Part shown: positions 25,943 through 38,418 of the stretch, piece after piece
How the letters are laid out: each line of letters opens with the position of its first letter
How positions within the stretch are numbered: position 1 is the stretch's first letter
Assembly (NCBI GenBank): GCA_012295275.1
Contig: CM022665.1
Span: forward strand, 5,952,001 to 6,016,000
DNA from: Chrysomallon squamiferum
Taxonomy: Eukaryota > Animalia > Mollusca
Reading direction: 5' to 3'
DNA length: 64,000 nucleotides
The notes under the pieces: generated by a model
Told to the model about the DNA's origin: nothing
The model's input: the letters and a program-made list of their open reading frames with translations, nothing else
The model's database searches: none
Translations under genes and position numbers: made by a program

Positions 25943-28246
25943 TCATGAGTTGTCATTCTCGGTGGGTTCAGTCTCATCATTTTCTGGTTCCACCTGTTTT
26001 TGCTTCCACTTCTTGGCAAGCGCCAACAGTTTAAGATTAGGTTTAGCAGCTTCTTCGTCTGGAAATATGTAGTCGAAGTATTCTTCCCATCCTGCATCAG
26101 TCTGTAAAACAATGGTTATAAAAAAAATGAAGGAGCAGAACTAAAATGAACTTCAAGAAAAGGCTGTTTATTTTGCAACTTTGTTATATCTGTTTTTAGT
26201 AATCAACTGCTGAGATGATTATGGAAATGTTTACATAGGCAGCATTTAAAACGCCCACAGAAATCCTCAATATTAAAAATAAACACAAAATTATCCAATT
26301 TTTTTGTAATCACAAAAAAAAAATAAAAATATAAAACAAAGCAGACTGTTTTAAAAAAAACTGACAATGATGTCAAATTACAGCTATAATTTGTCAACAC
26401 TGCTTCGTTAATCATTGCTTTAAAAAAAAGAAATCGTAGCTGTATTGCTTTATTCTAACAGATTATTTAGATAATTAAATATTTTTAGCTTTTATTTTTA
26501 AATGTTTTTGGAAAGCATTATTGAAATAATTAAATTTACCCCATCCTCAGTTTGTATCTTTCTACGTTTCTTCACTTTCTGTGGCATCAGTTTAGCAATC
26601 TTCTGTTTAGATTCCACATCTCCATGCTCCTTCTGAAGTACAAAATACCAGTATTTCATAAAAAATATGTAAACCAGTGAATACCTGTCACCTCTTATCC
26701 TAGTGATTTTTAACCATTATTTCCATGTACAGAATACAAGGACAAAAATATATTTTAAGCTACAACGTACATTTACAAATATAATAAATTCACAATAAAA
26801 CATCATAGTGGGTAAACATCACAGACTGGCAGATATTTCAAAGTGTACGTTTTACTTCAAACAGAAAGCTTCATCTTCAATATAATCTTCAATAATACAA
26901 TACACCTAACAATACATTTTCTTTTGTAATTTCATGTTGTAACAGTATTTTAACTCAGACACACTGAGATTTATTATGGTATTTTAAATTTTGGCATAGT
27001 GCAGAGTATTTATTAAGCAGTCTAAACATTATTCAAATAGTCTTACACACACTGCTCACACATGATTATATAAACAATCTACCACCAACAGTATTCAATA
27101 CGTTTAGCAAAAAAAAAGTAAATAACTGTATATTTAATAAATTAAATAAAACCAGCTCAAACCTCAAATGCTTGCCATGTTTCCAGTAACATAAGTCTTT
27201 CTTCTTTTTCTTGAGCCTCTTTTAATGCCTGATTTCCTTCTTCAAATACTCTGCGTACTTGGTCATAGTTGTTGTCAACGGCAATGGACTTTTCAAACTG
27301 AGTAAAGCTGATCCAAACCTGATAATTTAATTTTAAAATTACATTTCAGGCAAATTTTATACACTGTCTGTTTTTAATATCATAATTAAAAAGATGATAG
27401 ATTTAATTTCAGTTCTAAAATAAAAAAATGTTTTCTGGAATTCGTTATTATAAGAAATCTATATTACAGACTATCTTTTAAACCAGTGGTGTTTTCTTTT
27501 GTAATAAAATGATCCATTTCTGAAAATATTTATCTGCATAGTTTACAGGTAAGCAACAGTTATTAGTTTATTACTTTACATGCCAATCTGAAAGCAATAG
27601 CTCACTAACTTTGCTTTTTTTTTAAGAACCTCTTTGGATGAAAATGTAGTGTGGTATACCTGACCAGTTAGCTGCAGATACATTTATTGTATTTGGTTTT
27701 TGTGACACTGAAAAGTCTCTCACTGTCATAATATTTGGTGAAAGATGACAGAGTAACACAAACAATTTGAACAAGACTTTCACAATATTTAGTAAGTAAT
27801 TCAATAAAATCATAAAAATTATCCATTTTACAATACACATACACACACCCACCCACCCTCATTAAACTGTAAAATTAATTAAATTTTATTAGATGAATCA
27901 AAATAATGCAAAATAGTTGTACAAAATTCCCAAACAAAATATTTAAAACTGTGGAATTAAAATAAATACAATTACCTTGACGTGGTGGGTTCTCTCTAAG
28001 AGATATCTGTACAAGGATCTTGTTTTGTCATATTCTTCTTGCTCTATTTCAAAGTCTATGTAGGCCTTCCACAGAACTTCTGGCATGTCCAGCTTAGGCT
28101 GGTTGACAGCAAGTTCAAATATAGCTCTTGCCCTGTCAGTGTCACCCAGGATTATTTCTAACTCAGCATACTGCAAAAATATTTTGGTGAATTATTTGCC
28201 AAGTTTACAAATCACAATAACAAACACTCCCGAAACAAACCAACTG

Positions 28247-28289
<43 letters not shown>

Positions 28290-31200
28290 TAAAAATAAAA
28301 ATAAAAATAAAAATAAAAATAAAAATAAAAATAAAAATAAAAATAAAAATAAAAATAAAAATAAAAATAAAAATAATAATAATAATAATAATAGTCATGT
28401 CTCAGCCAAAATAACATCTTAACTGTGTATCATTAATATGTAAAATTATTCTTTTCATTCAATTCCTTACTTTATTCTCACTACTACAAAGAACATTTTG
28501 AATTTATAACTCTTGAAATAAGGTTCTGAGCCTGAACATCGCACAGAATTGAAGATTATAAGAAGGTTCAGCAAATACACATTTTTACCTTCATCCAGGT
28601 GGTACAGTTTTCTGGTGCAAACTCGAGGAATTTTTCATAGAGAATTCGACATCGATCAAACTCTCTAAGCTGGAGTTCCAGCTCAATGTATCCTCGAAAC
28701 AGTTTATTCTTGGGACACTTTCCAATTGCTGTTCCCTGTATTAAAAATTAAACATAAACTAGTGTTTATAATCTGATCTATTTTCATTCTTCTTAAATTA
28801 TTTTCATTAAATGTTTTGTTAAGGAGTATATGACAAATGGTTAAACAGTACATGGAATGAATGAAAAACATATCAACTACTGGATGTCAAACCAAAGGTA
28901 AATACCAAAAACAAAGAGAAAAAAAGAAGAAGAAATAAAGGCTGCATGGTTGATAAAAACACACAGATACAAAAGAAATAAAAATGTATCTGCTAATTCA
29001 TTTACTGGATCTATTCAAGATTTTATATCAAAGTTACCAAAGCTGCAAAATGAAGTTTATGAAAGTCACATTATGTTAATATAACTTCTCTAAATGAAAA
29101 CAAATGAAAAAAGAAGAATAAAGCATGCCAAATCTTTTGGTATAGTCTATCATATAAAAAACAAAAATATATACCAAAACTTTCCGTGCTGTCTGTAGAT
29201 TTTTCTGTCGAATTTCAAACTGAGCTAAAAGCAGCCAGACTTTGGCAAATGTAAACTTCTTGTGTGGAATCACTTCTAGACATGCTTTGTAAACATCTCT
29301 AGTTCTCTCTACATTCTTAGCTTCCAGTTCTTCATACACTGCGTAGTTAATCCATAAATAAACGTATCGACGCCAGTGACGTTTCTCCTGAAGAAAAACA
29401 TATTTCCTTGTAAATAACAACAATTCAGTGAATGAAATCAGTTGTTTTAAATGTTTAAGTGAAACAAATCCATAATCTGCTGGACAAAATTCAAATGACA
29501 AAGCCAAATAATTTGAAAAAAATAAAAAACAATACTAAAGAAAAACAAAAATAGCATCAAACTGTAACTACATTGATTTCAAAATAGATGGGGATATAGA
29601 TTATTACAAATCCAATCAGTTTTGATATTCAGATGAAAGAAAAATATCATTAACGTAAAAATCTTTAAACAGACCTGAGATGGTGGAATGTTAGAAATGG
29701 CTCTCTCATATATTTCTTCTACTTGTTCTTGTTCACCATCATTCTCCAACAATCTCAGATAGTCAAACCAAGCATCATAATTCATTGGATTTGACTTTAC
29801 TTCCTGCAACAGTATCAAAATGAATTCATTTTAAAATATGATTATACTACAGAAAAATAGTCCAAAAAAAAAAAAAGAAAAAAAAAAAAAGAGGTTACAA
29901 TGTGTTAATCTAAAATATATTTGTGTTGTTTCATTTGCTTATTTTGATACCCACTTGCATATAATATAAATTTATCTCCTTTTGTGATTAAAATCATTTA
30001 TATAAATATAACAGAATTCTAGAGAAGTGTTTCTGCAGCTTTAAATGCAAAAAACAACTTTTCATCTCAACAGAAGTGAGCAATTTAATTTATATATCAA
30101 ATGTAACTGCTTGTGGCAGATGTTTAAAAAACAATAAAATAAACAAGATGTACCTCTTCATACTGGAAGCGTCTCTTGCTGACTATGACATCTTCAATGG
30201 CTGATCGACTACCAAAGCGTTTTTCATGAATTGTGTACTGTTTATAGATCTGTTCACAGCTCTCCTTGGGCAAGTGATCCAGAGCATACTTGTATATCAC
30301 ACGAGCTCTGTCATGCTATAAGTACAAATATACCACTGAAATACATGACTAGTCAGTTACTTATCTAAGACTTTTCTTCTAACAAAATTTTTAAACACGA
30401 GAAATGAACATGATTTAAAAGAATTCCTTAATAAAAACCAAATTATTTTATTATAAAATTTAACCTAATTGTTATTATCTTCTGTATAAAACTGTATTAC
30501 AAAAATGATGCAAACATCTTCAATATGATTATTAATGTTTTATTCTGTGTCTAATAGCAGTAATATATGTCTTACCATCATAAACTGAAGTTAAGGGATT
30601 ATAAGTTATTAGCATGTTTACTGAATCTTCAATAACAAACTTTTCTACTGATTACTAAATATGACAGTTATTATTTTTCACAGAAGAATGATTTTGCTAC
30701 AGACTAACTAAACTGACAAAACAATTTGTCTTGTATACTTCTGTATCTGTTGATAAACATAACAGTAATTTCATAGGACTCCAAAGATTGTTAACATACT
30801 TCTTTTTGTCCTTCTTCAAACTTTGCAAAAGCCAACAACAATTTCTCATCCATGTTATCATCACCAAAGAATTCCACAGCTCGTTCATATATTCTACGAG
30901 AACTGTTAATATACGAGTTCTTCTCCTCAAACTTGGCATATTTTATCCAGTTCTTCACTTCAGGATGTACAATAACAAGTAAAACAGTCAAGGAAATTAT
31001 TAGAAATTCTACAGATTTAGTTTTATTCATATATTTTTGTAATAATCTTTGTACTTGAAATAAAGTTTATGTATGCCAAACCATTCAAAACTATAAAATA
31101 TCACACCATCTGGAATGTATTCAAAAATTCTTTGGATTTTACAGATTTTTTTTATTTTGGAATATTAGGAAATGGCTTTTTATTACTTTACAGTGATTTT

Positions 31201-34200
31201 GTAAAGCATACAGATGTTTCAAATGCAATAATAATGCATTATTTACTAATATTTTAATATTATCAAGAATAAAATCCCTAGAAACCAGTTCTACCTTTCT
31301 AAATATATCATTTCCTACAAATACAATTTAACAAAGGATATATCGTTCATATATTGTCCTGGCTCTATCCAGCTCTTTGTATCGAAGTTCAAAGTTGATG
31401 TATGAATGCCAAGCTTGTTCTTCTGGTTCCCATTCCATCCATCTCTCAAAAACTTGTCTAGCACCTGGAACGGAAAGCTCAGTATGAATGCATTATAGTA
31501 TGTAGCTATAACTTTAATTTAAAATGACATGGATTTTCAAATCAACATTCTATTCAAATGATAAATAATTAATATATTAATGTATAATTATTTTTTTTTT
31601 TTTTTTTTTAAAAACAGAAAAAGAAAAATGAACAATACAATTTCTGAAGATACGATTTTCCTAAACAGTGTAAAATATATTCAAACAAAAAATTAAATAT
31701 CATCATGATTTATTTTTAAATTCAAAATAAAAAATAAACAAGAAGTTTAAATATTGAATAACTTTATACAAACCAGCAATATTCCCCAGCATTTCTTCCA
31801 TGTATGTGTATTTGTACCAGAACTGATTTGCTCTAGGAAGAATTGTAATTGCTCTGTCCCACACATTACGAGCATGGTTGATCTGGCGACATCTGAAAAT
31901 ATCAGGGTTTTTTCACTTCTTAACCAATAATTAATTCTGCTGACTGGTTGAAATATACAGTTTGAATTAAACATGGATCTTATGCATATGAGATCTATTT
32001 AATCTTTTGATCTGTAGAATAAACATATAGTTTGTCATTATAATTTTTAATAAATGTAATAATGAATGACTATATTACCTCATCTCCATCTCGGCATATT
32101 TGAGCCAGACAGTTATATTTCTGTGATCTACATCCATTGCTCTCTCCCATACAGACCGAGCTCTGAAAACAAAGAAATCATAAAAATAATTGTTTTTATA
32201 ACTAAAAAAAAAATTAATTCAGTATTAAAGTTTGTTAATATGTATTACTGGCATTAGAGCCATATTGAATATCTTAATACATTTGTCATTTTTCAGGCAA
32301 ATGAAAACATTTTATCTGTTTACAAGCTGAATTTTGATGACTATCCAAATATTTAATAGAATCCAATTAATGTAAGTTAATAACTGGCAGGTATTTAATA
32401 AAGAATTATTACCTCTGAAGTTCTTTCTGGCTTTCCTCCCACTGTGCATATTTTATCCAGTTGGTCATCACAGATCTATTCTTTCTGATGTTGTCTTCAA
32501 AAGTCTACAACCATATTTATATTAATAAACAAAAACAACCACCACATAAATTTATACTGAATAATTTTCAGTAGGTAAATAGTGTTCTTCAGTTTTACAA
32601 TGAGACACGCTGGTGTTTTCAGTTATTCTGTACACATTACTTGTGTATTGAAATATTTTTTGTTATTTACCGTATATACTTGTGTATAAGTCGAATTTTT
32701 GGGAGACTATATTAAGGTAATATTTTGGGGGTCGACTTATACATAGGTAATGCTTTTGTAACTGTTGCTGAAGAGTCGCCATTTTGACTATTTTTTGCTA
32801 CGGGGTGCATCTAAAATATCGCGGTCTTTCAGCTTTTCAAAAATATAATTTTATCGTATAAAAAATTTTGAAAAATTAAATAACAAAACCAAATATGAAT
32901 GTAAAACATGATATTTTTCCGTTTAATGACATAAAAATACATTTTAAAGCGAGAAAACTGTCAGTACGGCATTATGCCTTACGGCATCTTGCAATGATCT
33001 AGAAATGCAGACTTCTCTGCCAAATTGCACTAAATATCGGTCCTAATTTCATAAACAAAACTCACTTGTGTAATTGTAAAGAATTTGGTGAAATAATATT
33101 GCAATCATCATTAATATCCACTACCGACAAATTGACTAAATATAACGTTAAGTTAGGTCTCCATGTTAGACCTATTACATTAAAGAGATACTATTTATGA
33201 TACATTTAGGCTATAGCTTGTGTAATACATGCATTTACGTTATTATGGTATGTTCGTGCAAGTTATGTTACAGTAGAGCGTACAATGTAGGCCTTCATGG
33301 CACTGTCACACTGGTCTAAAAATAGTGACGGTGCCTGGAATTTACAGTCGACTTATACACAAGTAATACCTAAAATGACGCAATTTTTGGTCTTAAAATA
33401 CACATCGACTTATACATAAGGTCGCCTTGTACACAAGTATATACGGTAATTATTTTAATAAATTATTTTTTGGTAATGTGACTATTGACAGTGGATACAT
33501 AATAACTCACCTTTCTTTTTCTCATACGATAGCTAGCAAGTTCATCTGGGTCAGAGATCTTCTGTTTTGGCGGCTACAAGAAAATTATTAATGTATTTGG
33601 TGTTGTTAGTTTTTCTGCAGTTTAATCATAAATTAATGCTTTTAGCATGTTAATAAATAATAAATGTTTACTGAATACTATTTGCATACGTAAACACAGA
33701 TATATATATATATATATATATTTTATTTATCTTAACATATTTTTTCTGAATGCCTGTTCAGAAAGACATTTAACAAACTTATAATTAACTATTACATGTT
33801 GAATACAAATGCATAAAATTTATGGTTCAATACATTTGTAATTTTGTTTCTTTCAAAAATAAAACAAAATATTAGAACACAAACAATACAGTTTTTAAAT
33901 ATACTTACTGGTGGGACAAGTTCCAATTCTCTTTCCTTTGCCTCTCGAAGCAACTGTTCTGCAGTAATTTGCACTGGAGCAGGCATCTTGTTCTTGACCT
34001 TAAATTTATAAAGATATACTGATTAATCTAAATAGTAAGTCAAACAATATAATATTATGCAAAACATATGATTGTAAGTTGTTAGTTTTTAATAATATGG
34101 CTCCTGTGACCCGGAAGCCATGTCAACTTGTATTTATTAATTGTTCTTGGACTTAAATGAATTGCTAAAATTCCGCCTTTCATGTTGCAGTCTTCTGGTG

Positions 34201-37200
34201 CAAGTTGCCATAACAGTGTTAATTGTTTCTATGATCTGAGCCACAAGTTGAGATTGTGGAATGTAATTTTAGAATTAAAAATAGTATATTTGTTGTTTTC
34301 TCTGTGCTTTTCCAAATGACCCGATACAAATGAAAATTGCTTTAATATAAGCAAAATGTACTGCTTATAGATACAAGGCCATTTGTAAAGCTTGTATTTT
34401 AGGGGATTAGCCCTACCACACTTATTTAAAACAAGGCAGTGGGTATTGGTCATTTTTGCCAATATTTAACAACAAAGCAGAAATACCATGGGCAAAGTGA
34501 TTGAAAAGGGAAACAACAGAAAAAAAAAAATCACTGTTAAAAACTAAATGGTCAAGAGGAAAAAGGGAGTTTAAAGGGTGACATTAAACAAAGAAAATAA
34601 TGCTGTTTTGCATCCCCTATATGAAATTGTATTTTGTAAATTACAAAAAAAAAAAAAAAAGGATCATTCATTTCCTGTTGGATGCAAAAACTTTTAAGAA
34701 AGAACACTGAAAAAAACATGAAAGTAGTGAATCTCATACAAAATGCTAGGCTGTTCAGTTATGTAAATTAGACATAATCAAAGGGTATATCTGACTGATG
34801 AATATTGTAAAAAAAAAATCACAATTTATATCAGTTACACAACAGATCAAAGCTGATAATGAACTTGCTGTTGATAATCCCAGCTCTCTGTGAGAAATTT
34901 TTCTCACATGAAGACAATTAAATCTGACTGAAAGAGTTCTCTCTCCTGAAAGTGTAACTGACCTAATGAGAATTACTCTGCTGTCACCGCCAGTAGAAGG
35001 TTATGACCCAACACTTGCCACTGACTTGTGGTTCAGGAGAGATGAGAAATGAGCAGACAATGCCAGTGTTTCACAGCATAAATCTTCAGACAGTGACTGT
35101 TACTGATAAACTGACATCTAGTCTTCACATGTTCTTGTAAATGTTTTCATAAATGTATATCATTCCTTAATATAGTTTCTTATAAATAGTTTTCACAAAA
35201 TATATTTTTCTGAATTTTATTTATGTACATTAACTGTGGTTCTTTATGACAGATCTAGCAGACAGGCCTGGTTTTCAGTTCAGGATGCACTGTTATACAA
35301 ATGTTCATTCCTCACCTATGGAATGTGCCTGTGCAACCATGAACAATAATCTGTGTACCAAAAACTTCTGTGAGGATTACAACAACTTGTTTTTCAACCT
35401 CAACCATGCTTCAACATGGGTAGGTAATAGCAAGCACCACCGTTTAGCAGGATTTAGCTGGCAACCCATCTGAACGACAGTTTCAACAATGCTATGCAGC
35501 TAAAGATCATCTTCACAATCTGTGTTGATCATCTTTACAATCTGTATGTCAATCATCTTTACAACCTGTGTGTTAATCATCCTGTGGACCACAAGACTGT
35601 GTGGCATTAGGTGGAACATCCACTTAAACCAATGAAACCAATGATTCTCAGGAACAAAACATGTTTGGTCTGTCTATAAAATCTCTATAAAAGGAAACTG
35701 GACTTATACCACTAACTGGGAGGAGAAGATAATACAAAATATGCATGATGTACAAAATCTGTAACAGTCTCTAATATCTGTCCATCCAAGGTTTTTGAAC
35801 TATTGGCCAAATTAACAGATATTCTCAGCAGAATCCTGAAAACATTCAAAATTATATTCTGAATCTTTCTTCCTATCTAGCATTAACTTATGGGACAAAA
35901 TATCAAGTAATATAAAAAAATTCCACATCAGTCAGTTCTTTGAGAAATAATTAATAGCCAAAGATTTGGCAGTCCACGCACATTTCTAAAGGGTGAAAGA
36001 AAGCTTCCAAATAACACACTCCAGACTTTAATTACAAAAGAGAGATCAAAAGGACAACAAATGTAAATACTTCATTGGAGATAATCCATAATGCACATGT
36101 AGTCTTTGAGTTATTTTGCTTAGTCCTACTTATCAGAGTTAAATAATTTAAATTTAAATTTTAACACTTCATTATTTGACAAGAAAATGGTCTTAATGCA
36201 AAGCAATTCATAATTTCACTGCTGAAAGCAAACATTTTGACTGATAAAATTATCTACCTTCTTTTTCATTCTTCTTGTCTCTCAGTTTTAATCTATATAC
36301 AAATATTTATATTTTGACAGGCTAAATATACAACAGATTTATATACTTCAATGCTAAATACACATCTTGTATTTTCTATGTTGGCGTATATCAATCTCAC
36401 ATTAAATTAAATTTCTGCAGGGGCAAAATCATCATACCAGATGCTTTTAAAATGATTATGTACAAATTACTAAAAAAAAATTTTTTTAAAAGTTAAATCT
36501 TTTTGTCTTTTAGTTATTGTAGTCACTGAATACACTATTTGTATCTCTGTCATCACTAGTGATCTACGTTTTGCTTTAAATTACAACTTCAAATACATTT
36601 TTCTTTATTACAATTAATTTTAATTAACCATAAACACTAATATTGTCATAAAAAAAATCATTTTTAATCTGCTTGGGTACAGTGATCTCTAAAACCAGTT
36701 ATGATCAAGAGTCAATAAGACTAAATGTTGCATTGTGTTATGGAATCAGATTAAGCATGATTAATAATGTAACATTTGATCATTAGCATCAAAGGATGCA
36801 TTTGGTATATAAACCCCTTGTCCCCAGAGAGGCACACATCATTTGCATACTTTGGTTGTACACATTTCCATTTGTTTGTGATAAAATGTATATAAGAATG
36901 GCTGTTAATAATATTCATATTTGTGATTATAAATAATAATAATAATAAAATAATTAATAAATAAAAATATAAACAACATGAATGATAACAAGCTTAACAG
37001 TATAATGATTTTAAACAACATCAAGTTGCACATAAATGTATGGTGATTTTGCTCTTGCAGAAATTGAAATTAGGGTGATCACACCCGTGGTAAGATTGAC
37101 ATCCTCCAGTATTTCGATTGTATAATGTAGGGAAAGGTCTTTGTTTATATAGGTAATGCCTGTTGACCAACACATCTGTTAGTATTAAAGAATAAAAACA

Positions 37201-37552
37201 AATGCCAAAAAAATAAATTAAAGGACTTTAAAAAATACATCACGGTCTTTGGGGTTTTTTTTTTTTTTTGTTTTTTTTTTTATCAGTGTATGCACTTCAA
37301 CTCACTTGTTAAAAATGTTTTTAATTATAAACTATCTACTACTAAAACAGTATTATCAGTCAAAAATTATGGTTTTTTATCAATGACATTGTGTTATTTG
37401 TATGAAACAGAAAAATTGGGTAAACAAGTCAAAGCAAAATTTATTAATGACATTTGTAAATCAAGAAAGATTTTTATAAAAGTATCTCCATCAAAAAATC
37501 TCACTTTTGCTACTTTTGGCATCTTCATTTTTCCATCACTTGTTGTTTCCAT
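25943..37552 (-). CDS. CRNKL1: Crooked neck-like protein 1 (HAT-repeat pre-mRNA splicing factor, Clf1/Syf3), 16 coding exons, 683 aa
   Basis: Exons (minus): 37552-37505, 33998-33909, 33573-33511, 32504-32413, 32162-32079, 31892-31774, 31464-31342, 30978-30800, 30315-30154, 29803-29675, 29387-29175, 28735-28589, 28170-27976, 27318-27163, 26632-26540, 26101-25943. Total 2052 nt, in frame. Diagnostic peptides: [88 protein letters not shown]. Confidence 0.97.
28249..28393. repeat. (AAT)n-(TAAAAA)n-(AAT)n compound repeat in CRNKL1 intron 12
   Basis: Directly visible; explains ORFs 28192..28398 and 28205..28417. Confidence 0.95.
30979..31341 (-). other. U12-type (minor spliceosome) AT-AC intron, CRNKL1 intron 7
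   Basis: 5' splice site |ATATCCTTT at 31341, branch site TTCCTTGAC at 30995-30987, 3' end TTTTAC| at 30979. Joining gives in-frame [19 protein letters not shown]. Confidence 0.93.
32670..33446. mobile_element. Tc1/mariner/pogo-type non-autonomous DNA transposon (MITE), 777 bp, in CRNKL1 intron 3
   Basis: TIRs CCGTATATACTTGTGTATAAGTCGA and (reverse complement) CCGTATATACTTGTGTACAAGGCGA, 23/25 identical. TA on both sides (32668-32669, 33447-33448). Internal copies of TCGACTTATACA near 32732, 33348 and 33405. Confidence 0.88.
34835..35052 (+). pseudogene. Fossil hAT transposase C-terminal dimerisation domain (ZNF862-like)
   Basis: Across two frameshifts and one stop it reads [17 protein letters not shown] / MKTIKSD*KSSLS / [30 protein letters not shown]. 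This matches the hATC pattern L.LP.S.A.CERGFS.MK.IK.DWRS.L....L.DLM.I.L..P....FDP..A..LW, recognised from memory and not searched. Confidence 0.7.
35250..35628 (+). pseudogene. Fossil MULE/Mutator-type transposase C-terminal fragment
   Basis: Frameshifted reading MFIPHLWNV / [18 protein letters not shown]...HASTW / HLHNLC..NLCVNH...HKT / GIRWNIHL resembles the animal MULE pattern FPP.LWNVH.AT.....RTNN.CEGWNN.F......HPSIW...LRNLC. Contains a roughly 23-bp triplication (ATCATCTTYACAAYCTGT) at about 35506-35580. Confidence 0.55.
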
Positions 37553-37830
37553 TTTGTCAAAAAAAACGTGTATAAATTTTACAAAACAAACAAAACGATG
37601 TGCAGATTCAAACAGGAACCGGAAATATCAATCTTACAGAAAGGTTCCTTCTAAAATGCGAAATATTATTGGTCAACAGGTTCCCGTCGATAAACTGCAT
37701 AAGAGAATACCTAGTTTTACCGGATGTTTATGTTGCTAAGACTCAATGGCGGCAAACAGTTAGCTCATTTTTTTACTAATTAAAATACTTTGATTCTCAA
37801 ATTTATTTCATGTGATCATTTGATACAGGT
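37553..37830. promoter_or_regulatory. Bidirectional promoter region shared by CRNKL1 and CFAP61
   Basis: Divergent ATGs at 37552 and 38419; local CpG enrichment. ETS-like ACCGGAAAT (37618-37626) and ACCGGATGT (37719-37727), inverted CCAAT (37668-37672), RFX X-box-like half site GTTGCTAAG (37732-37740), YY1-like CAATGGCGGC (37744-37753). Candidate donor of a non-coding CFAP61 first exon, CAG|GTATAT, at 37828/37829. Confidence 0.65.
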
Positions 37831-38418
37831 ATATGTAATTATCTTTCAGTATTAACGTTTTTACTTTGGAGATATATTTCAGTGAATGGTATTTGTGATG
37901 TTGAATATTGTTTTTTTGGTAGCAGACGAAACAACCCGTTCGTTAGGCCGCTAATTATAAAAAGTATAATGAATTCGTTTCGCTTAAATACAACAAATTT
38001 GTTAAAATAAACAATAATATTTGCTTTTACTCGGTTGAATAATTAGATATATATATATATATTTAATGGAATATTATTATATAAATGTACAGACTATATA
38101 TATATATATATATATACAAACATTAATGAAAAACGAGAAAAAAGGAAAAGAAGTAATTATGTTTTTGGCAGAATGTTTAGAATGTTATAAAATAACCTAA
38201 TAATTGTTTATTGACAATATATGAGTGAAATGAGTATTTTTGTACAGAATACAATTTTTTGTCTTACTTGTCTCATGATATTTTTCTTGTGTTTTGAATA
38301 CTCAGTTCAAACTATTATTTCCCATTATGTGTCTTATAAAAGGAAACATATATTCTATGGTTTATTTATAATTATTGGTTTTATGAAGGTCTAGGTAAAA
38401 AAAAAAAAAAATATCAAC

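Noticed and set aside
34888-34908. Inverted TGTGAGAA...TTCTCACA pair resembling paired Su(H)/RBPJ sites
   Set aside because: The spacer is about 4 bp rather than 15-17, and it lies inside the fossil hAT coding remnant.
37290-37739. 149-aa plus-strand ORF across the bidirectional promoter
   Set aside because: Antisense to CRNKL1 exon 1, composition typical of translated AT-rich non-coding DNA, no recognisable motif.
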